From assembly GCF_009914755.1 (NCBI RefSeq), contig NC_060930.1: 64,000 nt of DNA; one strand, given 5' to 3'. This DNA comes from the human T2T-CHM13v2.0 reference genome, Homo sapiens. This document shows, in pieces, positions 1 through 15,142 of the stretch (position 1 is its first letter; every line of letters begins with the position of its first letter). The position numbers were made by a program, and so were the translations under genes. Under the pieces are notes generated by a model. It did no database searches, was not told the DNA's origin, and was given only the letters and a program-made list of their open reading frames with translations.

Positions 1-621
1 AATATATTTACCTGTAATGGTGTAATCTATATATCCATTTGGTTCTCATTCTTCCCCTCCACCCTATACAGAATAAACATCCCTCCTACAATCCTTCAGA
101 TATGTGAAGACAATCATCATGTCATAACTGTTCTATAACTGAGCCATCACTAACAAAGACTTGTCTCCTAAGCCTATCAGAGCCAGGATGTTTATTCATC
201 CTTGCCACTCAGCAACTGAAAGATCCTCATCTCTAGAGTAGATTGGTGGTGGTACTTCTCAGATGAAAAGCCTGTGATGTGGTTGTGTTGTGTTGATGAG
301 TTACTGCTGAAGACACTAGAGCCAGAGAGGAAATCCTAATCCTAGAGCCCAGGCAAGAGCCGCAGATTTGAATTAAGTTGGTGGCAGCAAAGGCAGGGAC
401 CATGATGTTTTACCTGCACCAAAAAACAAAACCAAGAACTTTCAATTTGTGTCATTGACATTCAACTGAGCCTGTAATTTTCTAGTTATGGCCTTGAGCT
501 CCATTTTACTGGCAGCTCTGCCACTGGCCAGATGCATACCCTTGGGCAATCCTCCTCACTGCTCCCGGGTTCCTCTCTGATATGCAAAGGCACATGCTGC
601 TTTTCTGCCTAGTAAACAACA

Positions 622-644
622 CCCCCCCTCCCCCCCCCCCGCCC
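622..644. repeat. C-rich run C7-T-C11-G-C3 (potential G-quadruplex on the minus strand)
   Basis: Read directly from the sequence. Confidence 0.85.
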
Positions 645-1948
645 ACAGCTAAGATGTCATTTCTCCAGGAACCCTTTCCTAACTCCTACCCCTCACTCCA
701 AGACTGGCCTCTGTCTTCCGATGCACCCAATGCTCACCTCTATTCACTTACTTCATTGTATTTTAATCACCTATTTACTTGTCTGTCTCTACTGTACTGG
801 AAGTTCTTTAACACTGAGGACTCAGTCCCTAGCACTTAACTCAGTGCTTCGCATATACCAGAACTCAGAAAAAAATTTGTTGAAAAAAGGAAGAAAGGAA
901 AGTGAAAAGGAAGAGAGATGATAAAATTAGGAAGTTGGACTAAATTATCTAAGTACCTCTTACAGCTAAACTCTATGGTGCTTTGTTCTTAGGTGCTATA
1001 TTTAATGACAACCTGAGATTTTTGGAAATTTAGATTTCTCTAGTAAGAGAATGGGTTTCAAGTGATTGTACCAAAATAGGAAAACTATAAATATATATTC
1101 ATACATATAGTAAAATGTTAAGACTGAGATTTAGAATTCATTTAATGAGCCCAAATTGTATTTTATGTATGAGTAAACTGAGGCACAGTAAGACTAAGTT
1201 AACTGCCCAAACTCTTCCACCTGGTTAGTGGGAAAATAACATTTCCAACCCTGATCTTTCTGGTTCCTGAACCAGGATAGCTGGACTGTACTTCCCCATT
1301 TTTGAAAAAGCTGCTAAAAACTTGGTTACAAACTTTAAGTGACACGTTTCTCCATTTATGTGGTGGTTATAGCAACGTACAACTCTCTATTTATAAATTA
1401 AACCTTGAGAAACACCCATCTCCACTCCTAGACAAACCAATGAACATTAGTCTTATTTTTCTCCCAGAAATGTCAGAGGGTGTTACAGTGCTACACGAGA
1501 TGACTCCTGCAAGTTGCTTGCTAGATAGAGTTGCAGTTCATGTGAATTGCTTTCAGCCAGGTTGGGTATCCAAGCTCAATGTTCTGGTGTTAAGCCATAG
1601 GGAAGTGTTGCCATGAGACCAGCTTCTTGGCAAGTAGCCCTGAGGTGCAGCTGTAAGGTGACCCAGTGCAGTCCTGAGGCCAGAGCCCTGTGCTCAGTGC
1701 CAGAAAACTTGAGCCAAACTTTGGAACTAATTCCCAGGGCACTGAAATTGGTCTCAATTAAAATTTTAGATGAAAAGGGTTTTTGTTTGTCCTGAAGAAC
1801 CACTTCAATTTATAAACTCATAGAGAAAGTAGATATTTTGCCGGTGTACTTGGAATACCTTTCAGAAGCCAAACCCTTAAAAAAAAAAAAGACATTAGAT
1901 TATTTAAGAAGTTATAAATTTTTTTCTTTTTCTTCTGTATTTTAATAG

Positions 1949-2285
<337 letters not shown>

Positions 2286-2559
2286 GGAAATATTTCTTGA
2301 AAGCAGCACTTTTCATAAGATTCACTGGCTGAAGAATCTTTATTTTTCTGTCTTTGAGCATGCTGTGTAAGATGTAAATCTTCTTCAAATGTAAAGTGGT
2401 ATTGGAGTGGAAATGGTGGAAGTAGTGGTCAAGGTGATGGTGATAACTGCACTAGACTTTGAACCCATACAGATTTGAATTTGGAACCCAGCTTCACTAC
2501 CTACTAGCAGCTGACGACTTAGATAGTATACTTAAGCATGGAGACTATTGTGCATGGAA

Positions 2560-2722
2560 CTGGTTCTCAAACTAGTTGCAGTGGAATCACCTGGATGCTT
2601 CTACAGAGTATCCCTCCCTGGATTCCACTTTAGACTAATTAATTCAGAATCTCTGCAAGTGGGACCCAAGCATGAATATTTTGTGAACATTCTCATAAAG
2701 ATTCTAATGTTGAGGACCAGTG
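2560..2722. mobile_element. MER5A-like hAT-Charlie MITE within MIR sequence
   Basis: tggttctcaaact...gaatcacctgg...tcagaatctct...tgaggaccagtg. Confidence 0.6.
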
Positions 2723-2832
2723 ACATAGTGATTAAAACTTTGGCTCTGGAGTCTAACTGGGCTCAGACTCCAGGTTGAACCTGTCTGAGCTTCAATATTT
2801 TCATCTGTAAAATTGGATAATAAGAGTTTAGG

Positions 2833-3139
2833 GGCTGGGCACGGTGGCACACGCCTGTAATCCCAGATCTTTGGGAAGCTGAGGCGGGGGGATCACGAGG
2901 TCAGGAGATCGAGACCATCCTGGCTAACATGGTGAAACCCCATCTCTACTAAAAAAAAAAAAACCAAAAATTTAGCTGGGCGTGGTAGCGGGCACCTGTA
3001 GTCCCAGCTGCTCGGGAGGCTGAGGCAGAGGATTGCCTGAACCCGGGAGGCAGAGGTTGCAGTGAGCTGAGATCATGCCACTGCCCTCCAGCCTGGGCAA
3101 CAGAGCGAGACTCCATCTCAAAAAATAAAAAATAAAAAA
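2833..3139 (+). mobile_element. Alu with TSD aagagtttag, interrupting a MIR
   Basis: Full dimer; TSD at 2822-2831 and 3138-3147. Confidence 0.95.
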
Positions 3140-3446
3140 GAGTTTAGTGTAGGGCTGTTAGAAGATTAAGTCATGGAAAGTACAATACAGTACCTATGGC
3201 ATAGTAAGTGTTCAATTATAGCACCTATTGTTATCATCCGTAATTCCTTCAATTCATATTGCATATGAATACTTGTTCTCACTTCAGCTTTGACTTAAAA
3301 TTCATCTCCCCAAATCAGTTGTGAGCCCTACCAAGTCCATTATGATAATCTTTTGTGCCTTTGACATTTTTTCTGTATCTGCTACTAACAACCTCGTTAA
3401 AGTGATTGCTATTTATTTCCATTGCTATCCTTTGCCAACCTTCAGT

Positions 3447-3719
3447 CTTTTTTTCAGAGAGAGGGTCTCACTCTAGCCCAGGCTGGAGTGCAGTGGTGCG
3501 ACCTCAGCTCACTGCAGCCTCGACCTCCCAGGCTCAAGCCTCTCAAGTAGCTGGGATCACAGGTGCATGCCACCATGCCCGGCCAATTTTTGTATTTCTT
3601 GTAGAGACAGGGTTTTGCCATGTTGCCCAGGCTGACCTTGAACTCCTGAGCTCAAGTGATTCACCTGCCTCAGCCTCCCAAAGTGCTGGGATTACAGGTG
3701 TGAGTCACTGTACCTGGCC
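3447..3719 (-). mobile_element. AluJ-like element with a small internal deletion
   Basis: Reverse Alu consensus. Confidence 0.9.
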
Positions 3720-4209
3720 CACCTGCAGTCTTTACAGGCCCCTGTGTTGCCTTCACAACTTTTACCAGATGGCTTTTTTCTTAATCCACATACTCTGGAC
3801 AAAGATAAGAGACATAGTGTGGTATTATGAAGAACTAAGGAACCAAGAAAACCAGGGTCCTGGTCCCAGTTTTGTGACCATGGACAAGTCTTGTATCCCT
3901 CTTAGGCTTTCATCTCCCTATTTATAACTTTAGGAAGTTGGACCGGCTGATTTCTTCCTGCCCTAACATTGTCTGGTGGTTGGATGCAGGGGCTATTGCA
4001 CATATTGCCTAGTGTGTCAGAGGAACACCCAGAAAGGAGGCCAGAGTGCCAGAGCTGAGGGAAACAGGGGAAGTGGTCAGAGATCAGGACAGAGAAAACA
4101 AGGCTGCTTGTGTGAGGCCCTAAAGGACCTGATAAGGACTAAGGTGTTTACTCAGAGGAAGAAGAGAAACCACCAGAGAGTTTGGGGGAGAGAAACTGTA
4201 AGATATTAT

Positions 4210-4430
4210 ATAACCCATTTTTATTGAGTGCTTACTCTGTTAGATTCTATTTTCAGCGCTTTATTTGTAATCCTCACAATAATCGTATGAGATAGGAACC
4301 ACAATATTCCCCATTTTACACTGAGGAAACAGGAATCCAAAGAGGTTAAGTAACTTGCCTAAGATCACATGGCTCAGAAGGACTTAGGTAGAATTTAGAC
4401 CCAGGCAGACTTACTCATCTCATTCATTGT
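4210..4430 (-). mobile_element. MIR
   Basis: Core cccattttacactgaggaaacagg...gaggttaagtaacttgcctaagatcaca. Confidence 0.8.
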
Positions 4431-5608
4431 CCTGACCCCCCAACTGCTTAAGAGATTGAGACTGAGGTGTTTTTTTTCTTTCTGTATTTCCAGAGGACAC
4501 TTAGAATAAAATTAATTCATACTCATTCATAAATACAAAACTTCTTTACTTAAACTGATAACAATTTCAAGTATTTGGCTTTATGATTTCAAGTTTTTTA
4601 AAAAGCCCTCACATTAGCACATTAACAAGCCTGTTGATGTGTCTCTCTTTCATTATGCAGACAGCTATTTCTTTTTTGCTCCTAATGCAGAGGTTGATTG
4701 GGAAATTTTTTATTTTATTGCTTACGACTTTGCCCTTGTGCTATCTAAATCACTACTATATGATTTGGCATTTATAATTTATCATTTCCCTCTGCTATTA
4801 GACGAAATGCCCTTTAAAGCATTCCACAGCAAGGTGAACACAAGTCAAGCTTGCAAAGTTTTAGAAAAAATAATTGCAAAAAGTCATTAAAGAATAATGA
4901 AAGTTGATTGATATAGCATACAATATCAGGGCTGCCCAGTTTAACAGATACAATTATTTCCAGTCATTTTCAGAGGGCATCTAAATTTCAGCACCTAGTT
5001 TTCACCATCTTTCTAGGAATACCAGCAAAAATCTCTTGTTTATATAAAGGCTGTAAAAGCAAAATTTTTAACTCATTTCTTTGGATTTTCCTAATGCTAA
5101 GGTTGAAACAATAGACATTTTAAATGATTGGAAACCAGATTTCTCTTACTATCCTGTGATTTTAACATTCTATTGCTGTAGCCAAGAGTCTTTGACTTCT
5201 GGACCAGCTGCTTTTTGCATGCCGATTTTTCAGAGGGAGTCCCTCAAGAGTTCTTAACTTTTGACTAGTGTCTACCTTGACTTCAGCCCCTGCAGGAAGT
5301 GAAGGTAGCAATGTTTGGGAATAAAAACACTAAGGGAAAAACATCTCCTAGTAGAATCATCAACTCAGTCTAATTTTAGATTTCAGGCAGACCACTTAGC
5401 TGTACTTTCAGCTAGTTGCAAACATATGCTTTTTAGGTGCTCATCATTGAAGGACTAAAACCAGGACTTAAACTAAAATAATAAAATTTTCTATCATAAT
5501 ATTTTTCAGTAAAATAGGTGATATGTGAGAACATGTGTGTGCACGTGCAAACCATGTGCTTGTGCACCCACATTCAAGTATTCACAGCATTCAAAATAAG
5601 ATGATCCA

Positions 5609-6119
<511 letters not shown>

Positions 6120-8769
6120 TCACAACCACAAGGACTAATAGCCCCAGGCTCAAAACCTCAGAAGCCATGTTATTGAGGTATGTGACAGGACTACGAGACA
6201 TTTTTGATAATAAGTTTTAGGTGGCAGCTATTTTGATATTGAAAAAACTGGATCAAATCTAACAAAGGTCTTTTGAGAGGAAATGTTTAAAAGGGCACAT
6301 CTTGTGGCCAGGAAAACCACAGTAAAATATTCCAATTAGGAATAAATTAGAGAACGCTATACTTTCCTAGAAGGATCAGAAAGTCAAATACTTGGCCTTG
6401 AGCTGCCTCTCACCTCTACCCCTGCTGACCCTAAGAACAAGTCACTCCTGTCTGTGTGAGCCCAACAGTTGCTGCCAGGCCTTGCCATTCCTCTGCAGAA
6501 AAGATCCAGGGATTTTTCACCAGAGACTGCTGGCCAGCATCAGAGTCAGAAGGAGGTAGCCGAAGTGCCACTGAACTTTCTATAGTGCTCTAAAGCCAGC
6601 TTTCTGTCTGCAAAGGAAAATTCTCTAAACTCACTAAAGCCAAATCTAACATACTTTAAAGTCTCCAAAGGAAGTCTCATAAACTTTCTTGTTGCTGTTA
6701 GAAGATTAAGCTCTGATTTCCCAGATTATATTTTCTATTTTCCTTAAATTTAGCAACATTTAATCCATGACACTCATTGGTATACAAGAAAAATCATTCT
6801 GCTGTCTTCATCATCAATTTAAGGTGTTCAGCTGTGATGCCTTGGTACTTTATGTTGTGATTAATTGCCTTATACTAACATCTGATGAATATTTTTAAAA
6901 ACATTCCTTAGGTTACCTATGTGGCTGAACTGTGTGGTTAGTTGGGAAACTGGGGCTATGAAGTGAGTTCCCCAAAGAGCTGAATTCAATCGAGATGTCA
7001 TGCACAACTGACCTCTTTAATAGAGTATTTTACTCTTTTGACAGCATCTAAAACCGACCTTTCCCTCAGGGTCTAGCTCAGTTTCTCCTCCTGCCCAAAA
7101 CCTTTCCTGACAATTTAAGTTCTTACTGACATCTTTCCTCTGGGACACCTAAAGCCCTGTGATCTGTGAAGCTGTTATGGCATTTGGGTATGTCATCATA
7201 TGCCATCATTTATTCCCTAACTTTTCAAGTCAAAGGCCATATGCGCTGCCTTTTCAGCTCCCCCTGCAGTGCCTAGCATAGTGCCCAGTACATATGGAAG
7301 CTCCATGGTAGAAGTGGATTGAATTGGCTTATAGCCTTTTTCATCATTACCTGAATTATCATATCTAGGACTAGGGTCTGCATTATTTCTTTTTATTTTT
7401 CCAGTCATTATCTGTTCCTTAGTGACCCAGGAGCATCCACAGTGAGTTGCAAGTTGGACCACTCCTGGAATAGGTTGGTCAACTTGTGTTTTTTGGCTTG
7501 AACATCACTGTTCTGTACCACACACAGAAAACAGGAGACAAATTATGTACTTTACGATTGCAGTATTGCAGTCATTAGAGAATCACCAATTAGTATAAAG
7601 GCAAAAAAAAATGTATACATATATATATATATAAAAGCTAATGGAACAGAGAAAGAAAAGAAATATAGAAGAGGGTGACAGGAAAAGAGATGAGAAAGAA
7701 TAAAAAAGCCAGCAATCCAGTTCTCTGATGTAATGTTTCCTTTTTCTAATGACAAAACATAAAGACTCCTTGCAAGTGCATTTAATGGATGATGACTTGC
7801 ACATCTTCAAAATGTTTGCTCTTTAGGAAATGTATGCAGAAATAACTGCCTTTCCAGTTTGAATTAGGAACAAATTGGAAAGGCAGTTACTTTGGGGGCA
7901 CGGGAGTAAGGGTGGTTTGGGTGAAGGGAAGTAAACGCAGTCTGGTAACACTGGTGCATTGTATGCGGCAGTAAGAAATGACAACTCCAAATGAGGCCGG
8001 CTTCTCTCTTAATGTGATCAGCTTGCTATGCCCTCAACGATTCCATGAGATTTTGCATTTTATAGGTTGAGCTTCCCACTGGCAGCAAGTGAAGCAGTTC
8101 ATTATGCACATCTGTCACGTGATCCACTTCATCAACCAAATGGAACTGGGAGAATAAGTCACCCTAACAAGATCCTTCAGTACACTCTTAAAAACTACTT
8201 ACAGATGTACTCTTCCTCTGTAGGGATACAATGGGTTTCCTTGTACTGTGCCACATGATACAGGAAATGCATTATCCCCATCCAAATTCTGGCATACCAG
8301 GAGGAAGCACGTGAAAAGAAAGCAGCTCACAAAAGCACACAATGCTTTTGCAAAAGTCCTTAGAGGGACTCATACACCAATTTATGATAACGACAGATAA
8401 AATCCCAGGCCTCTGAAGCTCAGTTCATTTCAAATGCTAATGTCCACACAGGGAAAGGAAACCACATCAGCATTCGGCATTGACACAAACATTGTTAATG
8501 CTTTTTATTTATGGATTGTCACTGAGTCCCCTCAGCAGTATGCCAGATTTCCATTTGTGTTGTAACTTTAGCTACTTTATGTGCTTTCATGACTAGCTGT
8601 GTTATGTACCCATAGGCGATTCATGCTTTCAAACTGTGTCTGGTGAGATAAGCGGCCACACTTCTGATCTTGAATCAGGAACCATTTTGTTCACATTCAG
8701 ATCAGGTGGAATAAACGTTTTTTAGCTAAGCCCAAAATTAGATTCACCTGCCACTGTTAAATCTTCCTA

Positions 8770-9930
8770 TTTCATTCACTTAACCAACAAATATTATTGG
8801 ATGCCTACCACGTGCCAGGCACTGTTCCAGGCACTGGAGACATACCGTGAACATACAGAATCCTACCATCATAGAGATTACAATCTAGAGGTGGATAAGG
8901 GGAGATGGTCAACAAATAGGCAATATGTCAGAAAGTGTGTCAGTCAGGATAGGCTAGGTTATTTTGTGGCAATAACCCAATATCTCAGTGGCTTAAAACA
9001 ACCAAGTTTATTTCTTACTTACACTGCATGTTCATTGCAGGTCAGCTGGGGGCTCTGCTCTGAGAGCACCTTCCCTCTGGGACCCAACCTGCCTAGAGAA
9101 CCCCCATCTAGAGTGTATGGCTTGTCTTTGTGGGAGATGGAGAAGATAGAGTGATAAATTATATGCCACTTCTTAAAGCTTATGCCTGAAAGTGACACAT
9201 GGCACTTCTATAACATTTCACTGGCCAAAACAAGTCACACAACTACACCCAACTCCAAAAGGTGAGGTAGTGCAATCATATCATATGCTCAAGAAAATCA
9301 GACACATTTGGTGGACAGAACTGTCCCCGATGATGATGATTTCTATGAAGAAAAAATCAAGGTAAAGGAGACAGTGTCTGCGTAGGAGGTTTCTATTTGA
9401 CGTAGATGGTCTGGAAAGTTCTCTCTAATAAGGTGATATTTGAAGAGAGATTCCAAGGGAGAGAGAGAGAGCCATTTGGATGGAGGTGGGGGCAACTTCC
9501 TGTAAAGGAAACTGCAAGAGCAAAGTGTACCTGGCATATTTGAGGAACAGCAAGGAAGTCAAAGTGCCTAGAGTGCGGTGAGCAGAAGTGAGCAAGGGGA
9601 AGGCTATAGAAAATGAGGTCAGAGTGTTGTGGAACACAAGGTACAGCTTTATTGTAAGGGCTATGGCCATTGTAGGTTTTTGTGTAAAGACATGATATGA
9701 GTTAGTTTTTAAAAGGATCCTGTGGCTGCTGAGTGGGAAGCATACTCGAGGGTGAAGGGGTGAAACAAGGGGTAGGTAAGAGGCTTTTCAATAACCCAAG
9801 TCAGGTAAGAGGAAAGTAGTGGTCAGATTCTGGATATAGTTTGAAGGTAGAGCAAGAGTATTTGCCAATGTATTAGATGGTAGGATGTAAGAGAAAGGGA
9901 GGATTCAGCAATGACTTCAAAGGTTTACTT
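8770..9930 (-). mobile_element. L2 fragment interrupted by an MLT1J/K-like MaLR LTR (about 8939-9330)
   Basis: L2 3' end ttcattcact...aaatattattgg...gtgccaggcactgtt; MLT1 signature tcagtcaggataggctaggtta...tctcagtggcttaaaacaa. Confidence 0.7.
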
Positions 9931-11699
9931 TTTCTAGTAATCCTTGAATATATGTAAGGACTACCTCATGTGGTCTTGGGGAATCTTCAAATTTGGCAGT
10001 ATCGCTATAGCATGTAAACTCCCCTGTAAATAAGTGGAGTTGAATAGCCAAGTGCAGATGTGGATTCTGGGCAGTTGGCTTGATTCATGCACCAGCTAAG
10101 GGACTTCTATCCCCATACTGGCCTCATATCTAGTCTCTCTTAGGGTTTATGATTCAAGTTAATTTATAAAACCAGAGAAATTAGCCTCATAATTATAAGC
10201 AAAATAGGAGCTTATGCCTGGGTCATCCCAACTTCACTCCATCCTTCTATTTCTCTGTGAACCTCAGATATCGCTACCAGGAAACCCAGCTCCTCCAGCA
10301 TGAGATCTGTCCTCAGTAGCATATCATATAGTGATGTGTCACCTCCAGTTCTCCTGGAAAGAGGTTGAATAGAAATCTTAATACGTACAATAAAACAATA
10401 CTGCGGTGTTTGTCTGAATAGTATGTCCCTCTTTCTGCTTACCCTGCCTTCCTGTAACATGGCTTTCCCCATCACCATTATCCAGTAAATAGTAACTAGA
10501 ACTCCCTACCACACTTAGACCTTCTCTTATATCTTTTCTAGCATAGCAGATCATAGGTTGAATGTAAAGTTTGCCAACTATCATAAAGGAATGAATAAAG
10601 GTCAATGCTGTTTTTAAAAACTGTGTTTTGAGGCTGTTTGTACTCAAAAGCATTCATCTACTCAACAAACATTCTTGAGTTCCTACGATGTGCCAGATAC
10701 ACATCTTCTAGCCAATGGAGTCACAGCTATGAATAGAATATATATGTAATACATATTATTGCCAAAGACTGGAAAAGCATGGAAAAGTATAAAGAAAAGA
10801 TAAAATTTCTACTAACTCACCACTGACACATAGCAGCTAGTAACATTTTAGTGTCTAGACTTTTTCTAAGCATAATATCCTTCCTCCCTGCTTTTTTGAA
10901 TAAAATTTATAACTCTGGACTTACACATTTTTTTCTTTAAAATTTTTTTTCTTATTAAAAAAACAGCAGATGCTCACTATTGATTGAATGAATGAATGAA
11001 TTATAGGAACTTAATTACATAGAAGGAAAAAATTTTAAATGGAAATAACCACTAGTATCACTATAAGAGATAACATTGCTGTTAGTAGTTTGGGTTGCTC
11101 AATATGGTTTTGAATAATTGGAATATTTGTACAACTTTGTTCCACAACAAATGATTTACTTTAAAAATAACAACTTTCTCTTTTCCCAAATTACAAAAGC
11201 AACATGCCATTGTGGATATTTTGGAAACTACTGAAAACTACAAAAGGGGAATCTAAAAGTCATTTATAGTCCCACTGCCCAGAAACTACTGCTATTAACA
11301 TTTTGGGCATTTTTTTCCAGTCTTTGTTCTTAGCAGTACAACAGGCTAGTTAAGAATCTGGACAAGCTACTTAGCCTCTCTGAGCCTCAAATTCCTTATC
11401 TGTAGAATGAAACTAATAATGCCTGCCTTGTAAGATTGTTGTGAAGTTTAAATGAGATAAAATATACAAATTGCTTAGTCCAGTATCTGAGCCATAATAA
11501 GTACTCAATATGGGGACTCTTACTATTTTGCAAGATATTTCTACATAAGTTAATCATACTTTATACATAAACTTTTATCCTCTTTAAAAAAAAAACATTC
11601 CATCATTAATATTTTCCAAAAACATTTTTAATGTCTGCATAAAGTTTATTCATGTGACTATACTACAGTTCTCGTAATGATACTCCCTTCTTATTAAAC

Positions 11700-12230
11700 T
11701 TTAAAAAAAGTACATTTTGAGACAATCTCAATTTTTCAGAAAAGTTGCAAGTAAAGTACAAAGACCTTCTTTTCCCCTGAACCATTTGAAAGGAAGATGT
11801 CAATTTGATTTCCCCATCATCCCCAAATATCTTAGTATTTCTTCAACAGAGACATTCCCCTACATAACTGCAGTACAAACAGCAAAATTGGAAAATTAAC
11901 ATTGATACATTGCGATCTAATCTTCATACCCCAGTCAAGTTTCTCCATTGCTCAATAATGTATAATTTATAGCAAAGGATTCCAGTTCAGAACCACACAT
12001 TGCAATTATTTGTCATCTTTCCTTAGTCGCCTTTAGTCTGAAACAGTTCCTCAGTCTTTCCTTTACTTTCATATCCTTAACACTTCAAGAATATGGGTCA
12101 GTCATTTTGTAGACTATCCCTCCATTTGCTTTTCTCTGATGTATTCTCATGATTAAGTTATATGTCCTTATCAAGACTACCACAAAATTGATGCCGTGGG
12201 TTCTTATTGTATCCTTAGATGGAACATCTG
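11700..12230 (-). mobile_element. Old L1 (L1MC-like) 3' fragment
   Basis: cagaaaagttgcaa...cccctgaaccatttga...aaattaacattgataca. Confidence 0.6.
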
Positions 12231-12524
12231 CTTTGGCTATAGCAGCCTGTGCTGTGCCATTTTCCTATACAGACACCCACCTCGCCCTACCTGGGCTCTA
12301 ACGTTCCACATCAAGCCACCCCTCTTCAACCCACACTTGGTTATTCCTTTGCAAGAACCACTCTCCTCACCCCATGTGGACCCTGAAACCCCATGCTGGC
12401 CTGCACTCCCACCTTTAACCCACCTGGCCCCAGTACTCTGCACTGAGCCATCCTCTCAGTCCTCTTTGGTTCTGGCACTCTGAGCCAAGCTGACCCTCTT
12501 CAGGGACACCCCTTTCATCCTTCT

Positions 12525-13349
<825 letters not shown>

Positions 13350-13378
13350 GTACTATCTACTATCTATGTATGTAATAC

Positions 13379-15142
13379 CAGTTTTTCCTCAAACTGGAGG
13401 AGTCTGTGGCTATAAGCAACATCATTGTGTTTTCATTGTAAGCAACATCATCGTGTTTTCATTTCAACAATGTTTTAAAAACTTATATAAAAATGTATAA
13501 ACTTATCTGGCTCACCTGAGATGTTCATTTAAAAACTGCATATTTTTAGAATTGGTGCTTTGTGTTTAAAATTGGATTGGCACCATGTGATCACTTTTGT
13601 GGGAATATTCAACTTTTAATGTGTCCAGTAGTCATTATGTTGGCATGTCCTGGCATCAAAATAGCAATAACCATCTTGCTTTCTGTTTAAAGAGAATCAT
13701 TGAGTTACCTTACCTGTTTTAAAGTTAAAACTGTTCTTTTTCAGTGATAAGATGCAATTGAGTTTAGTCTCTTAATTTATTTAATAAATTGATTTTGATT
13801 TTCCATCATAAAAATAAACATGCTAATCTGTCATACACTAATGAGAAAAGAACAGGGCTGATTTAGTACACAAATGATGCATTCATGTAAAGTGAAGGCC
13901 AAGTGAATCATGGTACTCAGCGCAAATAAAGTTTTACTGTAGTTCAAACAGAGAAACATAGTGAGAAAATTGAAATATTACAGGGCTCATGTAGCATAGG
14001 CTGAACTCAAAAGAAGCCAGGCAAAGCAGTCACTTTATTTGGATTATAAGCAGTATATTGGGTTTGATTCTGTGTTTATGTGACACACCAACTTACAAAT
14101 ACTCTCCATGAAGAACTTTTGTTAAAAGTTCTTTTAAAATTATTGATCAGGCGAGACGCAGTGGCTCATGCCTGTAATCCCAGCACTTTGGGAGGCTTAG
14201 GCAGGCAGATCATCTGAGGTCAGGAGTTCAAGACCAGCCTGGCCAACATGGTGAAACCCTGTCTCTACTAAAAATACAAAAATTAGCTGGGTATGGTAGC
14301 AGGTGCCTGTAATCCCAGCTACTTGGGAGGCTGAGGGAGGAGAACTGCTTGAAGCCTGGAGGCGGGGGTTGCGGTGAGCCTAGACCCCGCCATTGCACTC
14401 CAACCTGGGCAACAAGAGCAAAACTCCGTCTCAAAAAAAAAATTAATTAATTAAAATAAAATAATTTGTCAATATTATATTTTGGAGAACGTCATTTTTA
14501 AATTAAGTGGGCCAATTAAAACAATGAACTGATGGTTTCCAATGAATAACCTTGTAGGAGGGAAAAATTATAATAATGATAATGATTATGAGTCAAATGA
14601 CTGTATCATGCTTGATAAATATAAGTCAAATATATAAGTCAACAATTGAAATAAAATCTATAAAAGCATCATGTTATACTTTTATCATTATATGTATAAA
14701 TTGTAATTAAACCCAATATTAGTTATTTAGTTTCAGCAAATGTTACCACTTTCACACTGAATTAATGTTTTTTTATTTGAATTTAACTGATGATTTGTTT
14801 TCACTTAATCTGTAAATTTGATTTGTTCTTGTGATTTTTTAAATTGTGGTAAAAAGATATATAATAAAATTTACCATTAAGATGGTAAATTATTAAGATA
14901 ATTTAAGTATATAGTTCAGTAGTGTTAAGTATATTCACATAGTTGTTCAACAGATCTCTAGAACGGTTTCTTTTGTGTTTGTATAGTTTTTAGTTAGCTA
15001 CAAGCATAAAACATTTATACCTAATTACTACATATTTGTACATATTTAAGGAACTATATAATGAAAATTATTTAAGTCAACATGGGGAGGGGTTTCAAGA
15101 GAACTTTTATCCTTTAAAGAAAAAGAGATGTGAGACACACTA
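13379..15142. mobile_element. hAT-Charlie-like DNA transposon fossil containing an Alu and an L1MB fragment
   Basis: Degenerate TIR-like ends cagtttttcctcaaact and gtgagacacact; AT-rich body. Confidence 0.45.
14146..14462 (+). mobile_element. Alu (AluS-like)
   Basis: Full dimer with A-rich tail. Confidence 0.93.

Noticed and set aside
3406-3927. 173-aa ORF and many similar ORFs (for example 37872-38375, 61813-62328, 62575-63036)
   Set aside because: They are Alu translations ([22 protein letters not shown] motifs) with no exon support.
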